NCBI GenBank assembly: GCA_977018835.1
Contig: OZ361258.1
Coordinates: forward strand, 4,774,001-4,838,000
Origin: Minutocellus sp. GHC0000111
Lineage: Eukaryota
Reading direction: 5' to 3'
Length of the DNA stretch: 64,000 nucleotides
The position numbers and the translations under genes are program-made. The notes beneath the pieces were generated by a model, which was given only the letters and a program-made list of their open reading frames with translations, ran no database searches and was not told where the DNA came from. Within the stretch, counting starts at the first letter, position 1. Each line of letters starts with the position of its first letter. This document shows positions 11,901 through 24,065 of the stretch, in pieces.

Positions 11901-13767
11901 TTATGCCTCCTCTTGGATCTTTTTGGGCTTGGCAGCTCCCGGACCGGTGGGGACAATTTCGCCAGATTCATCGAGAACGCTCTTGAAATACCGAATGGCC
12001 TCCTTCAGTCCATCGCGAACCTTGACCTTGGGGGCCCAGTCGATCTTCTCCTTGGCCAGACTAATGTCTGGCTTGCGCTGCGAGGGATCGTCGGTCGACT
12101 TGGGAAGCAGCTTGATTTCACTGTTGGACTTGGTCATATCCTTAATGTAGGTGGCAAAGTCCTTGACTGTGTATTCGTCAGGGTTGCCGAGGTTGACTGG
12201 GCCGTCGTAGTCACCGTTCATGAGCTTGTGGAGACCATCGACGAGATCCGAAACATACTGGAACGAACGAGTCTGCTTTCCGTCGCCATAGATGGTGATG
12301 TCCTTGTCCTGCAGAGCCTGAATGATGAAGTTGGAGACAACTCGACCATCATTGGGGTGCATCCTCGGTCCGAATGTGTTGAAAATACGAGCCACACGGA
12401 CCTCCACATTGTTCTGGTTACGGTAGCTGTACATCATGGTCTCAGCGACGCGCTTGCCCTCATCGTAGCACGATCGTGGACCAATCGTATTCACATTGCC
12501 CCAGTACGATTCTGGCTGAGGATGGACCTTCGGATCACCGTAGATTTCAGATGTCGAAGTTAGAAGCATCCTGGCCTTGACACGCTTGGCAAGACCAAGC
12601 ATGTTGATGGTACCCATGGTACTGGTCTTGATGGTCTTGACAGGATTATACTGGTAATGCGGAGGAGAGGCCGGGCAGGCCAGATGGTAAATCTGGTCAA
12701 CCTCGAGCATAATGGGCTCAGTAACGTCGTGAATGCGAAGACTGAAGTTGGGATGGTGGAGCCAGTGCTCAATGTTCTTCTTGCTGCCGGCTGTGAGTGA
12801 TAATGAGGAATAAGCAGAAAATTTTGTATGTAATATGTAAGGATGCAAGTACATCCATAATGTGAGCATATCAACAATTCCAACGCAATTCCCTTGTCGC
12901 CGCATATCAACAATTCCAGCGCATTTCCTTTGTCACCGACTTACTGAACATGTTATCAATCACAACGACTTCGTGGCCTTCCATCATAAGCTTATCAACC
13001 AAATGACTACCGACGAATCCGGCGCCGCCGGAAATAAGAATCTTCATCCGCTGCGCATCAGGAATCTTTCGAGTCTTCATAACGTAAGGGGTGGTACCTG
13101 TGGGTACGCTCTGGCTGGCCAGAATCTGCTGATTTTCCAGGAAGCGTTGCTCGGCCTCCGACACGGGTTCCTGATGCGTCTTGAGGCCGACGACAGAATA
13201 CTGATCGATCGTGGCTCCACTGTCGTCAACAACCGCCTTCTTGCCGTCGACAAATTCCTCATCGGGGTCCAATCCCGATTCCATCTTCTCCAGCTCTCCG
13301 ACCAGATCACTGGTATCCTTGTCATCTCCACGATCATAATCGTCCTTCTTGATGGCAGTCTTCTTGTTGCCACGAAGAGATGCGTCTTCCTCGTCTGCAT
13401 CGTCATCTCCGGCCAGACCACGAGATCTGGACGACATTAATGCATCGGCATCGACGGTCCCACCCCGGCGAAATTCCTGAGTCTTGGCCGATCTGGGCCC
13501 GCTGGGACTAGAACCAGAGGCACCACGGCCGTTTCGGGCATACTCCAGGCGATCCAGGGCGTCGTCCAGGCCGATTTTGTTCACCACCAGAAGAGGGAGG
13601 ACGAGGTATCCCAGGGCAATGCCGCACATGAGGGTGAGGGCGGTCTGTCGGGAGAAGAAGCCAGCTCCATGACCGTTTCGTGAAGCATTTAGCTCAATGT
13701 GCTCCTGACGGAGGGCGCCATTGCGGCGCGAGGCCGGGCGAGGGGGTCGGTCCAGGAGTCGAGGCAT
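11901..13767 (-). CDS. UXS1: UDP-glucuronic acid decarboxylase (UDP-xylose synthase), type II membrane; exons 13767-12945 and 12790-11901
   Basis: [36 protein letters not shown] and [10 protein letters not shown] motifs. N-terminal TM helix. GTAAGT...ACAG intron 12791-12944. Confidence 0.97.
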
Positions 13768-13828
13768 GTTTCAACTAACACCAACTGTGCAATGACGGTG
13801 AATAAAATGAGAAGATGCCATGCTATAG

Positions 13829-13865
13829 CATGACTCTCTGCATGACTCTCTGACATGACTCTCTG
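13829..13865. repeat. Three copies of CATGACTCTCTG upstream of UXS
   Basis: Direct repeats at 13829, 13841 and 13854. Confidence 0.85.
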
Positions 13866-14088
13866 CCAAAAACAACAACCTCCCAAAAGTAAGTGCGAGC
13901 AAATGTTGTCTCATTTTCGAAATGATGATAGATGACGATGATCCGAAATAGGAGGTTCTCACAAGAGTGTCCAAATTGCAAGCATGTTTTGAGAGACAAG
14001 AGCGACGGAATGGATTTGCTTTTTGGGGAGACGGTAAAAAAATTATACAGCCGTATGGGTTAGTCGATCTAAGTTACAGAACCTAAGT

Positions 14089-15435
14089 TTACTTCCTCCA
14101 GTGAGCCTCCATCAGTTTGGTGAATTGTCGGCACAATGGTAATTTCTGCTCCGTCCCATGCCTGCAAAACAGCAATGAAATTTCATGAATACTATCGGAG
14201 AGTAAGAGCCAATCATGAAAGGGTCTGCCTTCTCCAAGCTGCCGGAAGATATCGTATAAAGGAGGGTTGTTCCAAAAATCTTTCCCATAGAACACCATCG
14301 GTACCACGTCGTTCTTTTCGGCGTAATGATTATAACAGGCAGCTTGGAATATCTCCTGGCGAGTCCCCGCCGACCCTGGGAAGAAAATGATACCCCCACA
14401 AGCCATGTCAATCAGTATGTCTTCACGCTGCGCGTTGCTGAAAAAATTGGCATAATATGTCGCAAATCGATTGCTTGGTTCATGTCCATATCTCCATGTG
14501 GGGATGGCAAGAGAGGGCATATGAGTTGGAATACCAAAACGATCCAGAACATCTTGTTCGGGGGCCGGATTGAGATAATTCTTGGCATAGTTCTCATTCC
14601 CCGTCTGAACCGAGATCAATTTCAGTGCCTCCTTCACGTCATCTTCGGTATTCTCACAGAGATATGCGCCCAAATTGGCTGCCTGCATGGCACCAGGTCC
14701 GCCTCCAGTAGCGACCACATATCCAGCTCGAGACAACCGCCACGCCAACCACACCACCTGCGCATATTCATCGGAGTGTCGCTCCATAGCATGTCCACCC
14801 ATGAAGGCAATGAGCGCCTTGCCTTCACAGTAGTCTCGCAGGGCATCCGTCATGGAATAGTCATGCGCTGCCTGATACATCTGACTGCGAATGTCCTTCT
14901 TCTGCAGGTAATGCTGGAAAATATCCCCATCGACCTTCTGCAATTCTGTGCTCGTATACATGAACGCTCTAAAGGGCTTGTATTGTAGATCAATAGGGTT
15001 CTCGTTCACTTGAGCACCCTGCGCACGAAGGTCATGGGCGGTGGTGTGCTCTGGAAAAGTGCAACCCCAAAACCAGCACCCGGAGAAGTTGTATCTTGAC
15101 CAGGACTCCTCACTTTCGGCGGCGAAGTCTACTTCTTGAAACACCCAACTCCCATACTTGGCAAGATTCGATAGATCCTTGTCCTTTGTTTTCTGTAGGA
15201 ATTCGTCGTAGTCTTCGATTTCCAATTCCTCGTTGGCACCACGGAAACAGCATTTGAATTCACCACACATGCCTGCTTGGGCATGGATCGGAGGTTGAGA
15301 TGATTGAGATGGCAGCGAATCTTCTCCTTCTCCTCCTTGGGATCCGCCGGCCATCGATTGCATAATTGGGCATGGTCCAACGGCGGCACCGCGAAGATTC
15401 GTCGCATCAGGGGATGCCGATGCCGATGTCGCCAT
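14089..15435 (-). CDS. LOG-family (Rossmann-fold nucleotide-binding) protein, bacterial-like
   Basis: AFMGGH, TGGGPGAMQAANLGAYL, IPTWRYGHEP and FPGSAGTRQEIFQ (variant of PGGxGTxxE). No intron. Confidence 0.85.
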   Translation of the reverse strand: MATSASASPDATNLRGAAVGPCPIMQSMAGGSQGGEGEDSLPSQSSQPPIHAQAGMCGEFKCCFRGANEELEIEDYDEFLQKTKDKDLSNLAKYGSWVFQEVDFAAESEESWSRYNFSGCWFWGCTFPEHTTAHDLRAQGAQVNENPIDLQYKPFRAFMYTSTELQKVDGDIFQHYLQKKDIRSQMYQAAHDYSMTDALRDYCEGKALIAFMGGHAMERHSDEYAQVVWLAWRLSRAGYVVATGGGPGAMQAANLGAYLCENTEDDVKEALKLISVQTGNENYAKNYLNPAPEQDVLDRFGIPTHMPSLAIPTWRYGHEPSNRFATYYANFFSNAQREDILIDMACGGIIFFPGSAGTRQEIFQAACYNHYAEKNDVVPMVFYGKDFWNNPPLYDIFRQLGEGRPFHDWLLLSDSIHEISLLFCRHGTEQKLPLCRQFTKLMEAHWRK

Positions 15436-15650
15436 CGTATTTTGCTACCAACTTCAAAAGAACAGCAGGCACATACTACTAGTATTGTGATCGGTGCATC
15501 GGTATCTTGAACTTTGCTTAATTCAGCTGACGCGACGCGACTTTCGATTTTCGATTTCGAGCATGAGGGCTCCCTACACGTGGAAGCACGTGAACCTCAA
15601 GCAGCCTCGACTCCTACGGCACCTCGACATACCAGCTCGTACATCCCAAA

Positions 15651-18229
15651 ATGAACAAAGCAAAGAACACAACGAGAGCGTCAACCATGGAGGAGACGAC
15701 GGCGCCAACTGCCCTCGGCGGGCCGGTACCCCCTGATCAGAAACCCAACGCAGCCACGTCTGAGAGCCCCGCCCCCGCCAAAGAACACGCCGCCACCTCT
15801 ACGGAAGACCTCGGGAAGGGCGAAGTCCTCGTGGACAATCCCACCCACGAGGCCTTCCACATCGCCTGCGACGCGTGCGAAACCTGGTTCGATGCCTACG
15901 ACCTCGGCATGTCCCCGGCCGAGGCATCCTCCTACGAAGTCTGGCACTGCGACGACTGCGTCCCGTACCACGGTCCGTCGCAGCACAAGCGCTCTCGCTC
16001 TGGACTGCGCAAGCGCCGTCGCATCGACTTTGTCAAGCTCAACGATCCCGCCAGCGTATTGGAAGATGAGAATTCGGCTCACATCGGCGTCGCGGCCGGA
16101 GACGTTCAGGAGGTGGATTTCAAGAACATGATCCGGCAGAGGCAGAAGAGAGGCATATTCCAATCGGGCATCGGCGGTTGTCTTTTGACCATAACGTCTG
16201 CTGGTATTGGTACTTGCAGTAATGCCGGTGGTAGTGGTGGCAGCGCGTCAGCAGGCGACAACAGTGGAAGCAAAGTTATGTTCAATACCGACTATGCCAA
16301 TCGACATGGCTTCACCCGTCCCGTCCTATTCGTCGACCTGTCACCCGAACAACTCGGTCTCAAGGTCCCCCCGCCCAATGACGAGACCGGCGATCCCTTC
16401 ACCTTTGCCGATGTGGCCAGGCTGGTCGGACCGTACCGGCCCATTCAGGTTATTGATTCGGCTACCCAGCTTACCACGACGTATACGCTGCAGGAGTATG
16501 TGGAGTATCTGGAAACTCGTCGAAAGGATCGTACCAGGACGCTGAATGTCATCACACTCGAGTTCAGCCAGAATCCGCTCACCGAGCTGGTCACCGAGCC
16601 TCAGTTTGCTCGTGATGTGGACTTTGTCCATCTTCATTGGCCTCAGACCTTGGCACAGGTGGCTAAGAAGACTGCTGTTACGGGCGAGGAGACTGTCGGT
16701 CGGGGTATGAATGCACCGGCATCGGCCGCCCAAGCTGCTGATATTATGGAACAACTGGAAGAGTTGGAGGATACAAGGCCAAAGGTATCCAAGTATTGTT
16801 TGATGACGGCTGCTGGTTCCTGGACCGACTTCCACGTCGACTTTGGAGGTACGGCTGTTTGGTACCATTTATTCCGCGGAACGAAGATTTTTTACTTTAT
16901 CGAACCAACGACGAAAAACCTCAAGATATATAGTGAATGGGCGACCAGTACCTCTGGTGGAGGAAGTAGCAAGCAGGCAGGAGGCAAGGCCAAGGCAGCC
17001 AAAATGTCGGCTTTTCTACCCGATCTCATTAATGCCGCCGGCGGCTCTGTGTATGAAGTTGTCATTCAGCAGGGACAGACGCTTTTGATTCCCAGCGGGT
17101 GGATTCACGCTGTGTACACTCCGCACGATAGCCTTGTTTTTGGCGGAAACTTTATTCACAAACATTCCCTCGAGATGCAGCTAACTATCTATCGCTTGGA
17201 AAAGCAGATGAAGGTTGGCAAAGAATATCGTTTCCCCAACTATCAGCGTCTTTTGTGGTACGTTGGTCGGGATTTCCTAGAGGAATGTGACAAGCATACC
17301 AAGAGTGTCTCGCCGACTTCACCGGCATCTACCGAGAGCGATGGCGGGGACCAAATGCAAGATTCCACGCCAGTGCTAGATGCAGAGGCCAAGATGACTC
17401 AACGCCGAACTCAAAAACTCTGTACCAAATACCCACTTCATATTCTACGGGGATACTGTGCTCTTGGAAAGGAGCTTCAACGTTGGGCCGGATCAAAGAA
17501 CAAGCAGCACGCCGAACAATATCCTCCGGGTATGGATGTTGTCGTTATTGCGAATCAACTCAGTGAAATGATGGCCGAGTGCCTTACCTATCTTGATAAC
17601 AAGGAAAGTGAAAAATTAAGAAAGGAGAGGAACTCGCAAGATAGAGAAAAGAAGAAGGAAGAGCGCGCCCTTGCAAAAGCCCAAGCGGAAGCAAAGAGGG
17701 CGGAACGGCAGATCGCCAAGGCTGAGGCGGAGGCCAAGAAGGCGGAGCGGCAAATGGAACGGCAGAAACAAATTCAGGCCCGAAAAGAAGAAGCCGAACG
17801 AAAGCGTGTGGAGCGGGAGATGAAGAAAGCAGCGAAGGTAGAAGAACGGCGTAAGAACTTAGAAAAGGAATACGAAGAAGTGGCCTGGGCTCAATGTGAT
17901 GGTTGCGATGAATGGAGGGAGGTGCCGAAAGAAGTGGAAGAGAGCCGCCAGGCGAAAATTGAGCAACTTCAAGCGGAGGGTAATACCGCCAACGAACTAC
18001 CCGCGAGGTGGGAGAGAGCTGCAAGGACAGCGCAACGGCTTGGAAGCAGTGCGAAAGCTGCATGGCTTGGCATTCCGTACCAAAGGAGTCTGGTGCAGTC
18101 GAAGTTGGCGATAACGCCGAAGTATCGGGTATCAGTTCGAGCACCAGTGGGCAATTTGTGTGTGAATTTGTGGGCAAGAAATGCACACCAAAGAAATTTA
18201 TGAAAGCCAAGCTTGCACTGTCAGGTTGA
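15651..18229 (+). CDS. PHD + JmjC histone demethylase (KDM2/KDM7-like) with C-terminal CW-like zinc finger(s); frameshift near 18010-18020
   Basis: PHD-like CDACETWF...WHCDDC. JmjC motifs TDFHVDFGG and WIHAVYTP. WAQCDGCDEWR motif; the Cys-rich tail continues in another frame after a GAGAGAG run. Confidence 0.9.
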
Positions 18230-18314
18230 GCTTGATAGATAGATATGTGTCTGATTTAAATTACGATCGTACTTTTCAGATAAATTTGTGGTACGTCCCT
18301 CTAAGAAAATTTGG

Positions 18315-18599
18315 TCAACCCTGAGCTTTTAGCTTTTCAACAACAGCACCCCACCCCTGTCGTAGATTTGTCCTTTCTTCTTCATCCTCGACCTTGATAA
18401 CATTCACTCCCATCTCGCCATCATCACCCCTCCTTCTCTCGGCAACTCGTACCACTTTCGCTGAGAGTTGCAGAACACTATTCACAATGCCAAACTTATT
18501 CTCATCTCCAGGTAAAGGCAGGGCAGGATCCGCTCCACTATCCAGGAGAACATCAATTTTATCAACCAAAATCTTCGATCGATCCCCAAAAAAAGTCAC
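18315..18599 (-). CDS. Possible 3' fragment of an ankyrin-like protein
   Basis: VLLDSGADP motif only; no convincing start codon or upstream exon. Confidence 0.3.
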   Translation of the reverse strand: MTFFGDRSKILVDKIDVLLDSGADPALPLPGDENKFGIVNSVLQLSAKVVRVAERRRGDDGEMGVNVIKVEDEEERTNLRQGWGAVVEKLKAQG

Positions 18600-18998
18600 G
18601 AGTGGACCATAATTTTTGAGAGCCCCTTTTTGTTGTCCAAAATAAAAAGGGGGAAAAGGGGGCGATTTAGAGATTCAGTCAATTCAATTGCCGCCGGGCG
18701 TCCGAGAGAAGAAGAGCAAGCATCTTGCTGGATGGGCATCATCGTTCGAAGAAGAGCAGCAGGAGCAGGATACTAACGTCCCTCGTCTGAAAGAACCCCT
18801 CCAGCTGTATACCTCTCACCTGTCTCGAGCCATTGCAGTAAACTGAAAGCCTCCTACCAAGCACATAACAAACACAAAACGTATTGCAATTTCAGCACGT
18901 GTTGCGTTGGAAGATTTGCTTTCGTCATTCGCCAAGCCGCAACCGCCCCTGCCAACCCCTTGCTCTTATACACCAGATAAATCAAACACTGCACAACC

Positions 18999-20459
18999 AT
19001 GTTCGGTCTGGCCACCGGTCTGTACAAGACGTACTTCAGCCCGGCCACGCTGTCCATCCTCATTATCGGTCCGGACTGCGCCGGCAAGACGGCCCTCCTG
19101 GAACGGCTCAAGGTGACGCAATTCTCCACGGCCCGGCAACTGCGCAACCTGGTGGCGAGCAACGGCGGGACGGTACCGCTGCCGCGAACGCCGTCGGGCA
19201 AGATTCGGGATGGTGGCGATGATGCGTCCAGGAACGAGAATGGTCAGCACCATCACAAGAGGCACAGCTCGGCGCCGGAAATGCTGAACGGGACGGACAG
19301 CGGCGACAATGCGGCGGCGGCAACAGTAACGTCATCGACCGCTGCACAAACCCCAACGAAGGAGCCACAGACCAGAGATACTAGTAGGAAAGCCAGCGAG
19401 ATGCCTCCCAAGGCACCATCGTCGGCTGGGGGTGGTGCCGATAATAAGGCCACTCAGCGGCAGGACTCCAACGCCTCGGGAGCATCCACATCAAGTGGCT
19501 TTCGGAGACGGTTCCTCATCTGCCCAGCACCCCGGATGTACTCTCGGGAGGCCATGGAAGATGGCGATGATGACGAAGAGGAGATATTCGACGAGGTGCA
19601 GTTGTCGGGTACTGACCATGATGGCAAGAGTGGTCCAGAGGAAAGCGAGGATAATCCCGATGCCGATTTGGATGATCTGCTGGGGATGGAGAGTCAGCAT
19701 GACGGGGAGGGCACCAGCGGAGTCAATGCCACGGCAGCAGCAGCAGCGACGGCCGCGCCAACCACTGACTCCACAGCACATGATGTATATCGTGACAATG
19801 ATGATGAACCCGAGCACGAGCACGATGTCAAGCCAGCCGCACGAATGCTGCCCCTGCACCTCATACGGCCGACGATTGGGCAGAATCTGGCCAAGATCGA
19901 CGCATGTGGTTGTCGGCTGAACATATATGACCTCGGCGGTGTGCCCAAGATGAGGCCATTGTGGGATCGATACTACGCCGAGGCCGATGCCGTGGTGTTT
20001 GTCGTCGATTCCCGGACGGTGGTCGGTGCCGGGGGGTCGGGTGGGTTAAGTAGGCTGCAGGAGACGGTGGAATCGTTCGATGCCGTGAGACGCCAGCCCC
20101 TGTTGGATGGCATACCTCTAATGGTATTCGTGAACAAGGTCGATAGGGGGGAGGGTGGACGTCTAGTGCCAGAAGATGACGACGGAGATTACCACGGCAA
20201 GCATCACGGCGATGGAGATGGCAATGGTGTTGACGACGACAAATTCGTTCCCTCCAGGGTCGATTTGGACGTTCTTTCCAATGCCTTTGATTTATCGTCG
20301 GGCGTTGGTAATGTCATGGGAGGCGATGATAAGATTGTAATGACGGCTGGATCAGCAAGGACGGGCGAGGGAGTGAGGTCCGCCTTTGAGTGGCTGGTAT
20401 TGAAAGCCAGGAATGTCCAGAGAGAAACACAAGGCAGAGATCGAACCATGTCGACGTGA
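18999..20459 (+). CDS. ARFRP1: ARF-related small GTPase (ARFRP1-like) with a long low-complexity insertion
   Basis: N-terminus MFGLATGLYK; G1 GPDCAGKT; PTIGQN; DLGG; NKVD; SARTGEGV. Confidence 0.85.
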   Translation: MFGLATGLYKTYFSPATLSILIIGPDCAGKTALLERLKVTQFSTARQLRNLVASNGGTVPLPRTPSGKIRDGGDDASRNENGQHHHKRHSSAPEMLNGTDSGDNAAAATVTSSTAAQTPTKEPQTRDTSRKASEMPPKAPSSAGGGADNKATQRQDSNASGASTSSGFRRRFLICPAPRMYSREAMEDGDDDEEEIFDEVQLSGTDHDGKSGPEESEDNPDADLDDLLGMESQHDGEGTSGVNATAAAAATAAPTTDSTAHDVYRDNDDEPEHEHDVKPAARMLPLHLIRPTIGQNLAKIDACGCRLNIYDLGGVPKMRPLWDRYYAEADAVVFVVDSRTVVGAGGSGGLSRLQETVESFDAVRRQPLLDGIPLMVFVNKVDRGEGGRLVPEDDDGDYHGKHHGDGDGNGVDDDKFVPSRVDLDVLSNAFDLSSGVGNVMGGDDKIVMTAGSARTGEGVRSAFEWLVLKARNVQRETQGRDRTMST

Positions 20460-21139
20460 GACTTTTTACTGTTGCGAACAGTTAGTGAAATGCTGGTAAC
20501 AATATCTATCTTACATGTAGTTAATGTGATGTACCGGTAGACTTGGTATTGACATTATTGCAATGCATGAAGGCCTACCCGGCAATGTGCAGTATGTTCA
20601 GCTCGATACTTTGGGACATGTTTGAGGAAAGCAACACGGTAGATCGTCTAACTACCTTTCCAATCTTCGAACAATCAGACGGTCGGTCCTGTTCTTTGAT
20701 CGGCTCTCCAATCTTTGAACCCGAAGCAGAATCGGAAAAGGGAAGCCTTCGAATTTAGCACAAATACGTCATCGGAACAGCCGGACCAGGCTAAAAGAGC
20801 TCCAAGAGTCAAAGACTGCATAAATTCATTTTTTCCGTGTCACAATTTCACTTCGCAAGATCCCGTTGTTTCCGTCGCAAGTTGCTCAATTACAGCCCGT
20901 CACCTATGATCAGTCAGTTGATGAATGCCGCCATCGAAAATGACTGTGCGTCGAGGCCTTTTTTACTGTCTTTCCCCAAGCAGTAATCTTGCCGGCATCA
21001 TAACGCGAACTAATCCCGCATAATCCTACAATATCTCATCACCGCCAACACAATTCAGCAACAGCATCACTTTTAATAGCAACTGCCATTTGCTCTCTCA
21101 CTGTCGACGAACGCTACATCTCCCAAACTACTACTAATC

Positions 21140-21664
21140 ATGCCCGCCCAAGCTTTGCCGTCCCTCATCACCAACACCATCAACACCGCCTTTGAAAGCG
21201 AGCTACTTTCAAACACGCCCAACACCAGGAGCAAACGAGCAACGATTCGGTCCAATGGTACCCCATCATCTCGGCGTGTTCGATTTGCTCCGACCGTCAA
21301 GCTTCTCGAGATTGAGCATTTGGATGATGTGTCCGACGAGCTAATCGACAACACCTACTATTCCGAGAAGGACTACGCAGAAATCATGGCCGACGTTACT
21401 GCCACCATCAAGACCAACATTCACAAGAAGAAGGTCGACACCATGAGCCAAATCATGCGAGGCATCGAACACTGTCGTACCAAGCGCATCCTCGACCAGC
21501 ACAAGAGCGATATGAAGCGACACATTTCCCTCATCATTCAGGCACAGAGCGCTGGCCTCTCTCCAAAAGATATTGCTTATCTTTCATCGAAATTTACAGT
21601 CACATCTGCTCGCAATGCCCTCGACATTGCTGCAAAGGATGCCATTGAGGCATCTCACAAGTAA
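21140..21664 (+). CDS. Diatom-type hypothetical protein with an RVRF motif
   Basis: RRVRFAPTV...YYS...RGIE pattern, which I recognise from a large diatom-specific family. Confidence 0.7.
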   Translation: MPAQALPSLITNTINTAFESELLSNTPNTRSKRATIRSNGTPSSRRVRFAPTVKLLEIEHLDDVSDELIDNTYYSEKDYAEIMADVTATIKTNIHKKKVDTMSQIMRGIEHCRTKRILDQHKSDMKRHISLIIQAQSAGLSPKDIAYLSSKFTVTSARNALDIAAKDAIEASHK

Positions 21665-21899
21665 AATGACATGGGCCATTTGAAGAATGACTTGCTACCG
21701 GTAGAAGCTCACCCAATTAATTGTGGATGCCACGTGCCAGACCGTGATCTTTCTGTGTACATATGCACATAGCTATCTATATAATTTATGTAGTAGGATC
21801 ATATAGTTCTTTACTCTGTTATTTAGGAACCGTGCAGTATAGACATCATCGCCGGGACTACTCTATAAGCTCCGTAGGAATTCCTACGTGGCATGCATT

Positions 21900-22970
21900 T
21901 CAAGCCATGCTGTGCTGCTCTCTCAGCGTTCTGGCACAGCCAAACGTCTGTTCATACAGATCAATCACCGTCCCATCTGCCTTTCTCACCTCAAAGATGA
22001 GTGGCTCGAAAAAATCTTCGAAATCGAAAGGCATATTGAGCTGGATGCCAGAGAGGACAAACAGCATGGACTTATCACAACCAAAGTCCGTCGTTACAAT
22101 CTCGTCCAGCATGTCCTTGCCGATGCGATGCGTCTGACGCGCTAAAGCGGCCTGCTAAGCATTTCCATCCTCGCCACTCGCGACATAGCTGTCTTCGATG
22201 GCTCCCATGCATTTGTGTACTTCATTGATGAGGTAGTTTTGCTGGTAATCGTACGGTGAATCGGCACCGCAGGCGCTGTTATCCTTCTTTTGACCTTCTC
22301 TAGTGTACTCCCCCAGCACCAGTGAGTTGCTGATGCCAATATGCGAGGCGTGGAAGACGAACGCGTGGCCTCCATCAGGAATGTGATGAGAGAAGGCGGA
22401 CCAACCTGTTTGGCCTGTGAACGGCACACCAGCCAATCCTCCAAGGTCGAACACTTTTCCACCGCCAAACTCCTTTGTAAATTGATCTACGATATGACCA
22501 TCACGATGATTATTCTCATCGGGACAGACGGAGTACGTGCTCAGCATGTTGGAGGGATTGGCACCAAATGATCGAAGTGTTGTCTTGACCTTGGCAAGTA
22601 CTTCTTTGGATCCCATGGCGGCGGGGAAGTGCTTTCGTGTTAGTGCGACAACATTGTTCGATCTGTTGATGATATTGGAGATTCCGGCAGCCGAGATTTG
22701 GCCCTTGGTTGACAGCACCGTTCGAATGTCTTCGGCGGCAGCCTCGAAGGCAGATAGATCATTGAGTGATCCATCGGGAGGAGGAATCGAACCGCTTGGG
22801 AAGGGAGACGGGGCGGCATCATCTTCATCGCTACCGCTGGTGATGGATCCTGATGCGCTCTCCGACGCCGGCAGGGGCTGGAGATTGGGCAGCGTTTGAT
22901 CCCTCTTCGTCGTGATGAATGACTCGGACAGCTTCTTCGCTAGCATTGGGGTCGTCATGGTTTCGTTCAA
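21900..22970 (-). pseudogene. Theta-carbonic anhydrase / LCIB-family gene with in-frame TAG at 22155-22157
   Basis: SVCPDE, FDLGGLAGVPFTGQTG, SHIG and ACGA motifs. The same frame continues past the TAG as QAALARQ...LSGIQLNMP...DFFEPL. Confidence 0.85.
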
Positions 22971-23255
22971 TTGTATATGATTTGTATTGCTTCGAATTTA
23001 TGGCTCGACAACCGCGATCGCTCTGCGATCTGTCTTGCGAAACAGAACCCGAAGTTGCAAGAAGAAGAAGCGAAGGTTCATGGTTTGAATTCAGGGAGAG
23101 TCCCTGCCCCTCTACGCAATGCGCTGGCCGCTGGCCGCTGGCCGCTGGCGAATTCACTGATGCCATCGTTTTTTCGCGGTACTAGCTAGTATTGACTTGC
23201 TCATCTGTTCTCGCAGCAGCATTGTTGGCTAGAGTAGGAATTCCCACCAGCAAAG

Positions 23256-24065
23256 ATGGCAAAACCACCCTCCGGGAGAAAGCGTCGCGAGAGCTCCTCA
23301 AGCAGTGGCGCCGCGGCCATCAAGGCCGATCCCGAGGAGGACGAACAAGCGGCCACCACCAACGGCAAAAACACCACGAATGCCAGCGGTGCCAATGGCC
23401 TGATATTCAAAGAGGAGGTGCTGAACCGCCGCGTTCAGGTTTTGTTTGATGTTGACACTGGCAAGGACGACGAGCCGATGGCCCATCAGTGGTACGAGGG
23501 GACCATAACCGCTGTGCAATTGGAGCCGGCCAATGCCAAAGCCAACGCCGGTGCTGGAGGCGGTGGAAAGCGCGGAGGGAGGCGGGGTGCCAAGAGCAAG
23601 TCCGACGAGAGCAGTACTAATGGCACCATAAAGCTCAAAGCGACGCACCAGGTGACCTTTGATGATGGAGATGTGAGGTGGTTCGATCTGGTCTACTGGA
23701 CCGGCAAGGGCGAACTAAAGTGGGTTGGCGATGCACCGACGCCGGTATCTCATCCGACGATTGATCCCAATGCTGGTAGCAAGACAGTCGGTAACGGTAC
23801 TGAAGAATCCACCACAGCTTCGAGTCAAAAGGAATCGGCAGATACTTCGGGTGCTGCTCCACTGAATGCGCAACAGGATGGTGCCGCGGTAAAGACGTCT
23901 CCTCTTGTATCGCCGAATGGGAAGAGAAATGCTGCCGAGAATAACAACAGCAGCGTTGGCGAACCTCTGTCTCCAGCCAAAAAGAAGTCCAAGGCGGCAG
24001 CACCTCCACAACAAGAGAGCCTGCCGCATACTCTCATCCATGGGACAAAGTATTATATCGTCTAA
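23256..24065 (+). CDS. Hypothetical nuclear protein with a Tudor/PTM-like domain
   Basis: RRVQVLF...WYEGTI...HQVTFDDGD pattern and basic NLS-like patches. Confidence 0.65.
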   Translation: MAKPPSGRKRRESSSSSGAAAIKADPEEDEQAATTNGKNTTNASGANGLIFKEEVLNRRVQVLFDVDTGKDDEPMAHQWYEGTITAVQLEPANAKANAGAGGGGKRGGRRGAKSKSDESSTNGTIKLKATHQVTFDDGDVRWFDLVYWTGKGELKWVGDAPTPVSHPTIDPNAGSKTVGNGTEESTTASSQKESADTSGAAPLNAQQDGAAVKTSPLVSPNGKRNAAENNNSSVGEPLSPAKKKSKAAAPPQQESLPHTLIHGTKYYIV

